A stretch of DNA of 64,000 nt from Blastocatellia bacterium (GTDB lineage Bacteria; Acidobacteriota; Blastocatellia; UBA7656): contig CAVXWP010000004.1 in the NCBI GenBank assembly GCA_963765495.1, positions 32,001 through 96,000 of the forward strand, in the 5' to 3' direction. Below are positions 49,301-57,101 of the stretch, one piece after another. How positions within the stretch are numbered: the stretch's first letter is position 1; every line of letters begins with the position of its first letter. The translations under genes were made by a program, and so were the position numbers. The notes below the pieces were generated by a model. That model was not told the origin of the DNA. It saw nothing but the letters and a program-made list of their open reading frames with translations, and ran no database searches.

Positions 49301-50462
49301 CCGCCGTCTGTATATCTACGGCGGCTCCGGGGTTGCCCGTAGCCATCACGGTGTCGATGTTCAGATTGCCTACGCTTGAGCCCGCAATGCCTGCGCTTGC
49401 GCCGCCTGCGGCTGTTGTTGTGGCTGCAAGTCCCCTCACCGTGTTTCCGCTCGAAAGGGTTACACCGTTTCCGGCGCTGTTTGTGATGATAGGCTTTGTT
49501 CCGGCAGGAACAAGTGTCTGAGCGTTGACGACAAGCGCAACACCGTTTCCGATCAGCATCTGGTTGCTTTCGAGTTCGAGCCCTCCCGTATAAGCGCCGC
49601 CGCCATTCTCAAATACAAATATGATATGGCCCGGCGCGTCAACATCGCCCACGCCGCCCGCGCCGTTTACCGGGGCAAGCGTCTTGAACGGGGTGGCCGA
49701 CCGACCGTCTGATGTCGCGCCAACGTAAGTGTTATCCACATACCAGACGAGCGCGCTTAAAGTGATGCTCACTGTGCCCGTATCGGTCTTCGTGCCGTCG
49801 GTTGCCGTGTATGTGAAGGTATCGGTCGTGCTCGTCACGCCCACCGGCGGGTCATAGACAAAGCTGCCGTCTGCGGCGAGCGATACGGTTCCGCCAAGCG
49901 TCGTAGGACCGTTTACTATTGGCACAGCCGTTGGGGTCGTCCCGTCGGGGTCGAAGTCGTTTGCGAGCACTCCGTTTGCCGCGTTGACCGTGAGCCGCGT
50001 GTTTCCGATTGCGTTCGGATATGCGTCATTTACGGCTACGGGCGAAGAGTTGACCGACCCGGGCACAAGCGTAAGGTTTGCCTCAAGCATATCGCTGAAA
50101 TTGACATTCGTAGCAGCCATCGCACCCGTATTTGAGATGGTGACTGTGTACATAAGCGTGTCGCCCGGGTCGGCCTTCCCGTTGCTATTCACATCGGTTT
50201 GCAGCGCATCCACTTTTGTTGCCGTGATGACCGCGGCCACGGGCGCGTTGAGAAGCGTAGAAGCGAGTTTGCGATTGACGCCGGTTGAGACCGCGTGGGT
50301 GACAGCTGGTGTAGAGACCAGAGGCGCAGGCCCGGAAGCGGTCGTCGATGAAAGCGGTCCTGGTGTGGTGCTTGGAAGGACCACCAGACAACAGGTCAGT
50401 GCTATAACGATCAATAATAGACGGATAGAATTACTGGCAAGACGGTATTGGTTGATCTTCAT
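40377..50462 (-). CDS. Giant (3361 aa) secreted adhesin-like protein: Ig, beta-helix, degenerate metallopeptidase, 10 DUF11 repeats, 2 Ig, HYR, Cys-rich C-terminal domain
   Basis: Signal peptide; PVAVNDAY...GVLAND.D.DG Ig domain; WYVDN beta-helix start; G/T/S/N-rich solenoid; ten 133-aa ADLAVTKTD...ITYTINF.N.GP...D.VP...TNTA...NN units; PPTITCP HYR domain. AAGGAG RBS. Confidence 0.9.
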   Translation of the reverse strand: MKINQYRLASNSIRLLLIVIALTCCLVVLPSTTPGPLSSTTASGPAPLVSTPAVTHAVSTGVNRKLASTLLNAPVAAVITATKVDALQTDVNSNGKADPGDTLMYTVTISNTGAMAATNVNFSDMLEANLTLVPGSVNSSPVAVNDAYPNAIGNTRLTVNAANGVLANDFDPDGTTPTAVPIVNGPTTLGGTVSLAADGSFVYDPPVGVTSTTDTFTYTATDGTKTDTGTVSITLSALVWYVDNTYVGATSDGRSATPFKTLAPVNGAGGVGDVDAPGHIIFVFENGGGAYTGGLELESNQMLIGNGVALVVNAQTLVPAGTKPIITNSAGNGVTLSSGNTVRGLAATTTAAGGASAGIAGSSVGNLNIDTVMATGNPGAAVDIQTAGTLGVTFESLSSTNGTRGVRLTSATGGTFTVTGTTTTTGTTGDGIILTGGNPTVSFTGGVSITTASGRGIVANAAGTVSVGGSSTINATGGAALDLTSENLGTGLNFTSLASTNSTAEGIKTQGCIGNITVTGTTNIQTPATTGIDIQSTFGTSIFGFSATTVNKTASGTGVNLASNGTATVGFTSLNITTGAGAGLVATVSGTVNATSGTISATGGQGVNLDSVTMGLALTSVSSSGSSTEGIRFNSASGSFASPGGSITTSTGIAASINGGAATISYGGSITNASNRSVSITSTTGGSVTFSGNITDTGTGILVQNNNTVATKTITFSGLSKSLNTGTNAAVTLSTNGTANGATINFSNGGLAITTTTGTGFNATGGAVGVNVTGSVNTISSGQGTALNVSSTTIGVSGMTFQSITSNGGTSTGIILDTTGSTGSLTVTGTGTAASGGTIANKAQVGADGGTTNGIGIYLNSTTNPSFTRMQLNDFGNFAIRGTTVSGFTLDNSVISGNSGNNTSGGGSDEAAIRFTDLTGNATISNCTISGGYEFNVNVIVNSGSLNRLNFTNTTVNAMQASGNEDDSFHVEAFNSATLNVTVSDSIFTSAKGDVINIAANQNSTMDLIFRRNKVSNNHANILSGGGGVLIASGGAPGVTASMTYDISCNTFRDAKGTSLDVFKGNGAGNAVGSIINNTIGVTAVNNSGGDTGIRVRSLGTGVHTVLVKNNTINKVINDGMLLRPAEGSSTMNATILGNTINPLSGGTPEAGLFLETGALPGDATTLNVLVGSSSVSADKNALGGTLGTAADVVLLQTFGTFNLSRGGSASATATLVIKDDNTGNPSVLPSGTITLVAGNPTLPPAVATCVQPSFADPGETTQQSLSEQPDSVAGPTDDTLWAEGGQGPGGKSLGKLKKSDLPWIIPAAIERWKAMGISAEDVARLEAVNFDIDDLPDGQLAYTTATQVVIDRRAAGYGWFIDVTPYDETEFETQDGNDLKASEISQAYQRMDLFTVVMHALGFVLDHDKPRAERRQDALTSTSLATGTRRLPETKVSGRNTSTSSGSISTGDALMAFVYVLESLPTLQVGPITSVVEPVGYALSKWTAPTVSTATGKVETAYAVGVADEAIQKNPSVAASGQLSTSNDLRQLSATADATTATRIPDLRPAVFTRPQDVSVMGIRAETVETASFSSAGPSAATGQQQATPNAPAVGSISIGPFTLPPSESVTIMFQATINTPVVPPGTTQVCNQGTVTADGPISVLTDDPDVAGAANPTCTTLAQADLAVTKTDTPDPVFSGSNITYTINTINNGPDTANNAVLTDAIPANTTFVSVTTPAGWTRVDSVPVGGTGTIMFTKPTVANAETASFTLVVNVDNATPGGTIVTNNAVITSDTPDGTQGNNTGTATTTVQAQADLEIVSKTDAPDPVLAGNNITYTISFINNGPGSATSATVTDAVPANTTFVSASVTTGSGWSISAPAVGGTGNVVFSKGSVPNGETATFQVVVKVNSNTANGATITNTATAASSTADPTPGNDSKTATTTVATEADLAVTKTDSPDPVIAGNNITYTINFTNNGPSDAQTVTVTDAVPANTTFVSATVTTGSGWSTSAPAVGGTGNVVFSKGTVAAGETAVFTVVVKVGASTPDATTITNTATAATATTDPTAGNNSATATTTVQTRADLAVTKTDSPDPVTAGQNITYTINFTNNGPSDAQTVTVTDAVPANTTFVSATVTTGSGWSTSAPAVGGTGNVVFSKATVAAGETAVFTVVVKVNATTANGATITNTATAASATTDPTPGNNSATATTTVQTSADLAITKTDSPDPVVAGNNITYTINFTNNGPSDAQTVTVTDAVPANTTFVSATVTTGSGWSTSAPAVGGTGNVVFSKGTVAAGETAVFTVVVNVNSATAGGTVISNTATAASATSDPTPANNFSTATTTVQAVADLAVTKSDSPDPVIAGNNITYTINFANNGPSQATTVAVTDAVPANTTFVSATVTTGSGWSTSAPAVGGTGNVVFSKATVANGETAVFTIVVKVNASTANGSTITNTVTTSATTADTTPGNDSATATTTVQTSADLAVTKTDSPDPVVAGNNITYTINFTNNGPSDAQTVTVTDAVPANTTFVSATVTTGSGWSSSAPGVGGTGNVVFSKSTVSAGETAVFTMVVKVNTSAANGATITNSATAASATSDPTPGNNTGTATTTVQTMADLAVTKTDSPDPVIAGNNITYTINFTNNGPSDAQTVTVTDAVPANTTFVSATVTTGSGWSTSAPAVGGTGNVVFSKGAVSAGETAVFTVVVKVNSTTADGATITNTATAASATTDPTPGNNSATATTTVQMMADIAVVKTDTPDPVVASQNLTYTINFTNNGPSSANSVTVTDAVPANTTFVSATVTTGSGWSTSAPAVGGTGNVVFSKASVGGSETAVFTIVVNVNANTPHNTTLTNTATAASSTTDPTPGNNSSTATTTVLAQADLAVTKSDSPDPVCAGSNITYTINYSNNGPGDGLNVTVTDAVPANATFVSATVTTGSGWSTSAPAVGGTGNVVFSKATSSNGDSATFTVVVNVNSATSGGTTITNSATAASTIMDPTPGNNTGTATTFVNRAPDITQNPQTQTVCAGDKVTFTAAANGTPTPTVQWQVSTDGGGTFNNLSGETSTTLLFTANFSMNGNKYRAVFTNTCGMTPTSAAMLTVNTTPVVLTNPQSVTACVGDVVNFSSTASGSPAPTIQWQVSTDNGATFNNIGGATSNPLTVTATVAVRNNRYRAKFTNTCGMATSQAATLGVDQVPPTITCPANIIITTVNPGDPRVVVNYPPPVTADNCGVASVVCNPPSGSEFPLGSTTVVCTVTDTAGNTATCSFTVSVFDVCLQDNTNGSYIVFNSVTGDYLFVRCSDGFQISGRGSITRSNCNITLTYNQGNQTVQAHINTCTHKGDATLTIVQNKRLTVSSIKDDDTTNSTCSCPPNVVNTDR
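41490..45470 (-). repeat. Ten tandem ~399-bp coding repeats (DUF11 domains)
   Basis: Antisense ORFs recur at 399-nt spacing (41815, 42214, 42613, 43810, 44209, 44608), with near-identical blocks such as GCCGGGGCCGATGTGCTCCACCC. Confidence 0.92.
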
Positions 50463-51122
50463 ACGATGAGGCTCCTTGAAAGGCGGATGAAATGGCAGCA
50501 GAGAATATGCATCCCTGTTTCACGCATCGAAGATGAGCGCTGAGGTTGGGGGAACAGGTCTCAGCCTCTAAGATTGTTAATTACCCTGCGCCTCTAAAGG
50601 CGCTTTGACTCGTCGTTCTTCCTTGAGAGAACCATCAGATGGTTTTAGAACTCGCAAGACCATGGGCAGAGGCGCTTTACCTCTGCAATATTGAATATTT
50701 GCTCCTGACTATCAGGCTTCGAACTTAATTTACGGCGCGAAAACGGGCCGGGAAATGATTTTGGCGATTCTGCACCTTTAACGCAATATTGAAAAGTCGT
50801 CAATTGACGATACGCAAACCGAAAGGCACATCACAAAAAATTGAAAGCTAACATCCGTAATTGCCCCGCTTCTTGTTCTAAGCCACCCTTTTGCGGAGCG
50901 CGTTTACTATACTCAACTGCGATTAATTTAGCAAGTCGGGAAGTCGCCCCTGAAAGGCAGATGAATCACATTAGCCACCTCTTGCCAGAACAGGGGTTGT
51001 CAACTGGAAACGGTTCCCTAACTTCTCAAATTCAATTGATACTGTCCTGTCAGTTCGTTAACACACGATGCTAAATAAAAGCCTTAAGCATTGACACAAT
51101 GATCTTACAAACCCTCGGCCAC

Positions 51123-51188
51123 AAAGGGGCGGAGAGACTGAGAAAATGACCGGGCTTCCCGGATATTTTCCAATCATCTCCGCGCCTC
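51123..51188 (-). terminator. Long imperfect hairpin after the 1775-aa gene, probable terminator
   Basis: GGGGCGGAGA...GAAAAT..CCGGG-CTT-CCCGG..ATTTTC...TCTCCGCGCCTC; only a short U tract. Confidence 0.45.
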
Positions 51189-51205
51189 GTGTATTACTTC
51201 TCAAA

Positions 51206-54200
51206 TCACTGGCAATTGCTATTCACCGTATAGGCCGGTCCATCGTCTATGGCCGGGTTACCGTTCTGGCTCTTGGGCACTGTGACTTTGCAAGTAGCTG
51301 TGGTCATATTGCCGGAAGAATCAGAAACTTTAAAAGTGATAGTGTAAACGCGGCCATTTCCTCCGCCTTCACGCTCAGCCCTGAGTTGCACCGATTTGCA
51401 GTTGGCGGCGATGACAATATCGTTGAGCGTATTTCCATCCCCACCACTGTTTTCCGGTTCGTCACTCGTGACCTTTGTAATCACTACATCATTTATACCA
51501 ATGGTAGGATCACATAGATCGCTGACGCTTGCGATACAGTCAGATACATTGACAGTATGGTACTTGTGATTTGCAGGCCATAGCGTGATCGGTTGCCCGA
51601 TGAGCGTGATCACTGGTGGCTGCACATCCTTGACCGTGATTGTGAAGCTGCAATTTGCCGAGCCTGCGATGTTGGTAGCTGTGCAGGTGACCGTAGTCGT
51701 TCCCACCGGGAATGAGCTTCCCGGCGGAGGCGTGCAAACAACGGTCGGCGCGGGGAATCCCGTGGTCGTCACGCTGTAGTTGACCACTGCCGAACATTGA
51801 CCCGACGCGGCATTCACAGTTATTGGACCGGGACAGGTAATGGTCGGCGCAGTGTTTACAGTGGTCGTGGCCGTAGCCGTGTTGTTTGCTGAATTTGGGT
51901 CGGGTGTGCTGCTTGCGGCTGTGACGGTATTGCTGATGATCGTGCCGCCCGCCGTAGCCGAGTTGACGTTGACAACTATCTGGAAAACAGCCGTCTCGCC
52001 GTTTGCTGTTGACGCCTTCGAGAAGACGACGTTTCCGGTCCCACCTACAGACGGCGCGCTCACGCTCCACCCGGTTCCTGTAACTACCGATGCGGAGACA
52101 AACGTTGTGTTTGCCGGAACCGCGTCCGTCACCGTCACGTTTGTGGCATTGCCTGCGCCGTTGTTTACGAAGTTGATCGTGTAAGTGATGTTCTGACCCG
52201 CTGCAACCGGATCGGGCGAATCACTCTTTGTGACCGCAAGATCGGCCTGAGCTACGACGGTGGTCGTGGCCGTAGCCGTGTTGTTCGCACCATTCGGGTC
52301 GGGCGTATCGCTTGCCGCCGTTGCCGTGTTTGTTATGGTAGCGCCGTTTGCTGTGCCGGTATCCACCTTCACAACTATCTGGAAGACAGCCGTCTCGCCG
52401 TTTGCTACCGATGCTTTCGAGAAGACGACATTGCCGGTCCCACCTACGGAGGGCGCGCTCACGCCCCACCCGGTTCCTGTAACTACCGATGCAGAGACAA
52501 ATGTTGTATTTGCCGGAACCGCATCTGTCACCGTCACATTTGAGGCGCTGCTCGGCCCGTTATTTGAGAGGTTTATAGTGTATGTGATGTTGTCTCCGGC
52601 AAAGACCGGATCGGGCGAATCACTCTTTGTGATGCTCAAGTCCGTGTTGTCGAGAGTTGTGCAGGTAGGATCATTTGGCGCGGCCGTATCGGGGTCATCG
52701 GTCACGATGCTGCTGAAGTTGCTCCCCGAAACCGTCGCCTGATTGCACACCTGGGTAGTTCCCGGCGGCAAAACGGGTGAGTTGATCGTCACCTGGAACA
52801 TCACGGTGACGCTTTCGCCTGCGGGCAGGCTCGGAATATTGACAGTCACGGTTTCGCCCGACAGTGCGCTGCTGCTGATGCTCGCTCGTTTCACCTTCGC
52901 GCGATAAGCGGGCTGCGTATTCAGGGTCAAAGGCTGCACCACCCTTATGCCGTTTACAGCCACGTCACGCGGACTTGTTACGGCAAACCCGGAGGAATCC
53001 GACGATTGCTGTGCAACCGCTGTCGTTGAAGCATAGCTTGTCGGCAAGAAGGATACCGGCTGTTGCGAGATCACCTCTCCGACCAGACCTGCGGGCAATT
53101 GAGTCTCAACCTTGCCGGTCTTTGCTTCCGTCGTGCGGCGCACACCGGCAGGCAAGGTGTTTCTCATCAATCTGCCGCGATCCGTCTTGATACTGGTCTT
53201 GTCGTGTTTCAGCACGTAACCTAATTCGCGAGTCACGACGGTCAATAAATCTACGCGCTTATAGGCCTGGCTGGTCTCATCGGCGCGCAACTGACCGCCT
53301 TCGGGAATCCCAAATTCAAGATCATCTTCGGGCGTCGTATCTATAAACCAGCCGTATCCCGCGCCGTTCTTATCAAGAGTTATGCGCGACGGCGTAGCCG
53401 TTGCCAGAACTCCATCGGGGAGATTCGCGATGTCGAATGTAACCGCTTCGAGGCGGGCCGCTTCGTCGGAAGAGATCCCCTCGGCTTTCCACTTCGCTAT
53501 TGCGGCAGGAATGACCCAGGGAAGGTCGGAGTCCTTCAGCTTCTTTGTGCCTTTTCCGCCCGGTCCTTTGCCGCCCTCTGCAAATAGAGTGTCTTCCTGT
53601 GCGGCAGAATCTCCCGGCGAGATGCTAGCAAGGCTCGGCGTCGGACACGCGGCACCGCCTACGAAACCGCCTCCGCTCCCGCTTGGGAAAGCGGACCCGT
53701 CAACGCCCGCCGAGTTGTTCGATTGTACGAATGCGACAACAGCGGCCGAATCCAGAGGCGAGCCCGCGTAGCCCGGAAGTCGCACGGTCGTATCTACGTT
53801 CTGAAACAGATAGAAATCATCATCGGTGAACGGACCGCTGCCGGTCATGTTGTTCTTGTCTGCCGCGCTTGTTCCCCCTATGACCGCACAGACGAAATTT
53901 GTATCGGGCGGTGTGGGCAGGGCTCCCGAATCCAGGAAGATTCCGGTGAAGGCAAACGCGCCCGGCTCGGCTATCGTATTGCCGGTGATAGTGGCATTGA
54001 GCGAGCTGCTGCCTTCGGCGGCACGCAACAGAATGCCCGCTTCGTTGTATTGCCGGATGCTGTTGCCCGTCACAGCCACTGTGTGCGACCCAGTTCCGAG
54101 GCTTATGAGTTGAATGCCTGTGGCTTCGGATGAGCCTGAATCGGCAACACCGGACACGCCTATTGTGTTGTTATCAATAGTGCCTTCGAAGCTTCCTCCT

Positions 54201-56533
54201 CCAGACAATTTTGAGACGTTCAAAGCGGTCCCTTTCGCGTCTCGGAAACTGTTGTTTGAAATTTCGTAGGTCACGTTTATGTTGGAGCCTGTGCCGCCGC
54301 CGACAAACAATGCGCCCCCGCCTCCACTCAAGATCGCGGGATGATTGTTCGACAGTGCGTTGCCGGTAAACAGGATATCCATCGAGGAATTATTTAGCGC
54401 GGTCGTGCTTATCAGATCGCTCCTCGCGCTGGTGAAGAAGCTGTTCATCACCGTGAGATTCAACACGGCGGCGCTCGAAGCCTCTATAAACAATCCGTCT
54501 TCTCCTGACAAAGTGCTGTTTGCGCCGATGGTTGTATTGGTGAGCGTCAGCCTGTCGAGTATGCCTGTGCTGTTTGTAACCCTGACGTTGTCTTTGAATC
54601 CGCCGCTGATGTTGCTGTTAAAGATCAGGGCGCTTCCGACCAGGTTACTGAAGCTTATGCTGCCTTCGCTATCGGCAACCGAATCGCCGTTCACTCCGTT
54701 GATGATGCTTGCGATCAGATTGAAGCCGTTGACGGTTGATCCTCGAATGGCGAAATTGCTGAAGTTGTTTAGCTGCATGGAAGTTAGCGTGACCGCCTGC
54801 GCGTTTGAGAGAAAGACTCCCGAACCTGTGGTCGCGCCGTTTGCGCCCGTCATGTTCTGTATGGTTCCGCCTGAACCGTTGGCCAGCCCCGATCCGTCGC
54901 CGCTGACGGTGAAGCCGCCGGTTGTGTTGCTCAAGATGATACCGTTAGATCCTCCGCTTGCAGAAACGCTGCCAAGCGCGACGGCGAGCGGCGTCGTGCC
55001 GGTCGTTTGCGAGATATCGACGGCGACCGCGTTGCTTGTGCTGATCGCGCCGCCCGCTATGCTTATGCTGCCCGAAGCGGCGATGCTATTTGTGGCGTGC
55101 AATCCGCGCTGACCCGCATCGGGCGTGATCGAGAGACTGCCAAAGGTGACATTGCCGGTGTTGTTATCGAGCCTGACGCCTGTGCTGCCTGAACTGCTTG
55201 CGGTAGTACTGCCGCCGAAGCCGAAAGCGGTCCCGGTATTGTTCTGCAATAACAGCCCGTTGCCGGACGGGTTTGTAATGGTGGTTGGGCCGCTTACTGC
55301 AAACGACCCGCCGCCGCTGCCGGTCACTCTGACGCCCACGCCGCCGTTTGTAGATGAAAGAGTTCCCAAAGAGACGCTCAAGGTTCCGGCCCCTTGGATA
55401 TCTATGGCCGCGCCTCCCGTAGAACTGGCATTCACTGTATCAATCGTCAGGCTACCGACCGACGATCCGGCGATGCCTGCTCCGCCGCCCTGCCCGTCGG
55501 CATTCAAACCGCGAACGGTGTTGTCCGTCGAGAGAGTGACGCCGTTGCCGGCGGCATTCGTGATCTGGGGAGAACTCGTAGAAGTCACAAGCGTCTGGCT
55601 GTTGACGACAAGGTTTACTCCCTGCCCTATCAGCCGCTGATTCGCCTCAAGTTCCAGGCCACCTCCATACGGGCCGCTGCCCTGGAAAACGAATATGATG
55701 TGACCGGGACTGTCGGCATCGCCTGCGCCTCCCGCTCCGTTGACGGGTGCGAGGCTGTTGAAAGGCGAAAACGAACGGCCATCGCCGTTTGTCGCCTGCG
55801 AATTGTCCACGTACCAGACCATCTCGCTTATGGTTATTGATACTGTAGCCGTATCGGTTTTTGAACCGTCGCTCAAGGTATAGGTAAAAGTGTCTGTCGT
55901 ATTGGTGACACCAACGGGCGGATCATAGGTAAAGCTGCCGTCCCCAGTGTTCACCGAAACGTTGCCGCCCAGCGTGCTCGTTGCATCGAAAGCGGTTATC
56001 GAAATGGTATCGCCATCTGGGTCCGAATCGTTTGCAAGCACCCCGTTCACCGCGTTTATAGTGAATCGCGTATTACCAATTGCGTTCGCATACGCATCGT
56101 CTACGGCCAGGGGCGACGTGTTGAGCGACCCGCTCACAAGGGTCGTGTTCGGGTCAATGGTATCGCTCAGGACTACTCCCGTAGCATCCATGCTTCCGCT
56201 GTTGGTGATTGTGACGCTATACATCAGGGTATCACCGGGATCGGCATTATTATCGCCGTCATTGTCAACAGCGAGCGCATCGGTCTTTGTGGCTGTGACG
56301 AGTGGGGCGAGAAGGCTGTTTGTACCGAATGTTTTTACAAGCTCACTTCCCCGCCGGGCCGAAGCGATATTTGATAGCGGTTGAGCCGTCTTTGCCGGCT
56401 CGGGGGCGAATTCGCCTGGTGATGAGTAGGCCGGTCTGCGTAAAAAGCTGGGCAACGCGATCAGACAGACCAGAACCGTTATGGTCAGCAACAGGCGGAC
56501 CAGGAACTTATTAGCTCGAATTCTCTCTTTCAT
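51206..56533 (-). CDS. Large (1775 aa) secreted paralog of the giant protein, with 2 DUF11 repeats, HYR and a different C-terminal domain
   Basis: Same N-terminal order (TATK.DAL..D...ADPGDTLMY, Ig, WYVDN beta-helix, GYGWFIDxTP domain); C-terminus LWPANHKY...VTSDEPE...QLRAER.G.GNGRVYTITF. Confidence 0.9.
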   Translation of the reverse strand: MKERIRANKFLVRLLLTITVLVCLIALPSFLRRPAYSSPGEFAPEPAKTAQPLSNIASARRGSELVKTFGTNSLLAPLVTATKTDALAVDNDGDNNADPGDTLMYSVTITNSGSMDATGVVLSDTIDPNTTLVSGSLNTSPLAVDDAYANAIGNTRFTINAVNGVLANDSDPDGDTISITAFDATSTLGGNVSVNTGDGSFTYDPPVGVTNTTDTFTYTLSDGSKTDTATVSITISEMVWYVDNSQATNGDGRSFSPFNSLAPVNGAGGAGDADSPGHIIFVFQGSGPYGGGLELEANQRLIGQGVNLVVNSQTLVTSTSSPQITNAAGNGVTLSTDNTVRGLNADGQGGGAGIAGSSVGSLTIDTVNASSTGGAAIDIQGAGTLSVSLGTLSSTNGGVGVRVTGSGGGSFAVSGPTTITNPSGNGLLLQNNTGTAFGFGGSTTASSSGSTGVRLDNNTGNVTFGSLSITPDAGQRGLHATNSIAASGSISIAGGAISTSNAVAVDISQTTGTTPLAVALGSVSASGGSNGIILSNTTGGFTVSGDGSGLANGSGGTIQNMTGANGATTGSGVFLSNAQAVTLTSMQLNNFSNFAIRGSTVNGFNLIASIINGVNGDSVADSEGSISFSNLVGSALIFNSNISGGFKDNVRVTNSTGILDRLTLTNTTIGANSTLSGEDGLFIEASSAAVLNLTVMNSFFTSARSDLISTTALNNSSMDILFTGNALSNNHPAILSGGGGALFVGGGTGSNINVTYEISNNSFRDAKGTALNVSKLSGGGSFEGTIDNNTIGVSGVADSGSSEATGIQLISLGTGSHTVAVTGNSIRQYNEAGILLRAAEGSSSLNATITGNTIAEPGAFAFTGIFLDSGALPTPPDTNFVCAVIGGTSAADKNNMTGSGPFTDDDFYLFQNVDTTVRLPGYAGSPLDSAAVVAFVQSNNSAGVDGSAFPSGSGGGFVGGAACPTPSLASISPGDSAAQEDTLFAEGGKGPGGKGTKKLKDSDLPWVIPAAIAKWKAEGISSDEAARLEAVTFDIANLPDGVLATATPSRITLDKNGAGYGWFIDTTPEDDLEFGIPEGGQLRADETSQAYKRVDLLTVVTRELGYVLKHDKTSIKTDRGRLMRNTLPAGVRRTTEAKTGKVETQLPAGLVGEVISQQPVSFLPTSYASTTAVAQQSSDSSGFAVTSPRDVAVNGIRVVQPLTLNTQPAYRAKVKRASISSSALSGETVTVNIPSLPAGESVTVMFQVTINSPVLPPGTTQVCNQATVSGSNFSSIVTDDPDTAAPNDPTCTTLDNTDLSITKSDSPDPVFAGDNITYTINLSNNGPSSASNVTVTDAVPANTTFVSASVVTGTGWGVSAPSVGGTGNVVFSKASVANGETAVFQIVVKVDTGTANGATITNTATAASDTPDPNGANNTATATTTVVAQADLAVTKSDSPDPVAAGQNITYTINFVNNGAGNATNVTVTDAVPANTTFVSASVVTGTGWSVSAPSVGGTGNVVFSKASTANGETAVFQIVVNVNSATAGGTIISNTVTAASSTPDPNSANNTATATTTVNTAPTITCPGPITVNAASGQCSAVVNYSVTTTGFPAPTVVCTPPPGSSFPVGTTTVTCTATNIAGSANCSFTITVKDVQPPVITLIGQPITLWPANHKYHTVNVSDCIASVSDLCDPTIGINDVVITKVTSDEPENSGGDGNTLNDIVIAANCKSVQLRAEREGGGNGRVYTITFKVSDSSGNMTTATCKVTVPKSQNGNPAIDDGPAYTVNSNCQ

Positions 56534-57101
56534 TATTCAATACTCCTTTAGCGGTTAAGGGATGGTCATATCGAACGTCCTTTTGGAGGACAGTCAAACC
56601 GGGTTTACATAGTTGAAGCCGGACACAGGCCAGAGATTAGCGCCCGGCGTGGAAACCTCTAAAAGGCTTTATTCAATGTTCAAGTAAAAAGCTCTTTCGA
56701 CAAAGCTCTAAGCGAAGTGACAAGTTCACCAGAAGAATGATTGACGGAGCGGCAAGTAGTTCTATGGAGAGTGCTGGCGAACTATGCGCCGTCAAGTCAT
56801 TCCTATAGGCAGTAATGGATAATACCGACCGGCGAAAAAAAACGATGTGCCGGGCAAGTCGTTGACTGCTCAATTGCAACAATCGAGTGATACTTTCCAG
56901 CCTGGCCGGAGGATATATCCGAAGTTCAATTTGATAAAAACAATCAGCGAAGGCGAGACTCAATTATAGAAGGCATAAGATGTAGAAAGACCTCTAAATC
57001 AAGCAAAAACTCTCTGATTTATTGCGAGATTCTTCATTCATCTTATGCCTTCTGTCCTCAAGCCTGCCCGTCTCAGATTGCGCGCACCCCTCTTACAGGC
57101 G

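Noticed and set aside
40675-56514. Many 100-270-aa plus-strand ORFs, including a periodic 132-aa series
   Set aside because: They are antisense shadows of the Thr/Gly/Val-rich giant genes; the periodicity mirrors the 399-bp coding repeats.
56673-57060. 96-aa minus-strand ORF between the collar genes and the 1775-aa gene
   Set aside because: No RBS or motif; more likely promoter or leader sequence.
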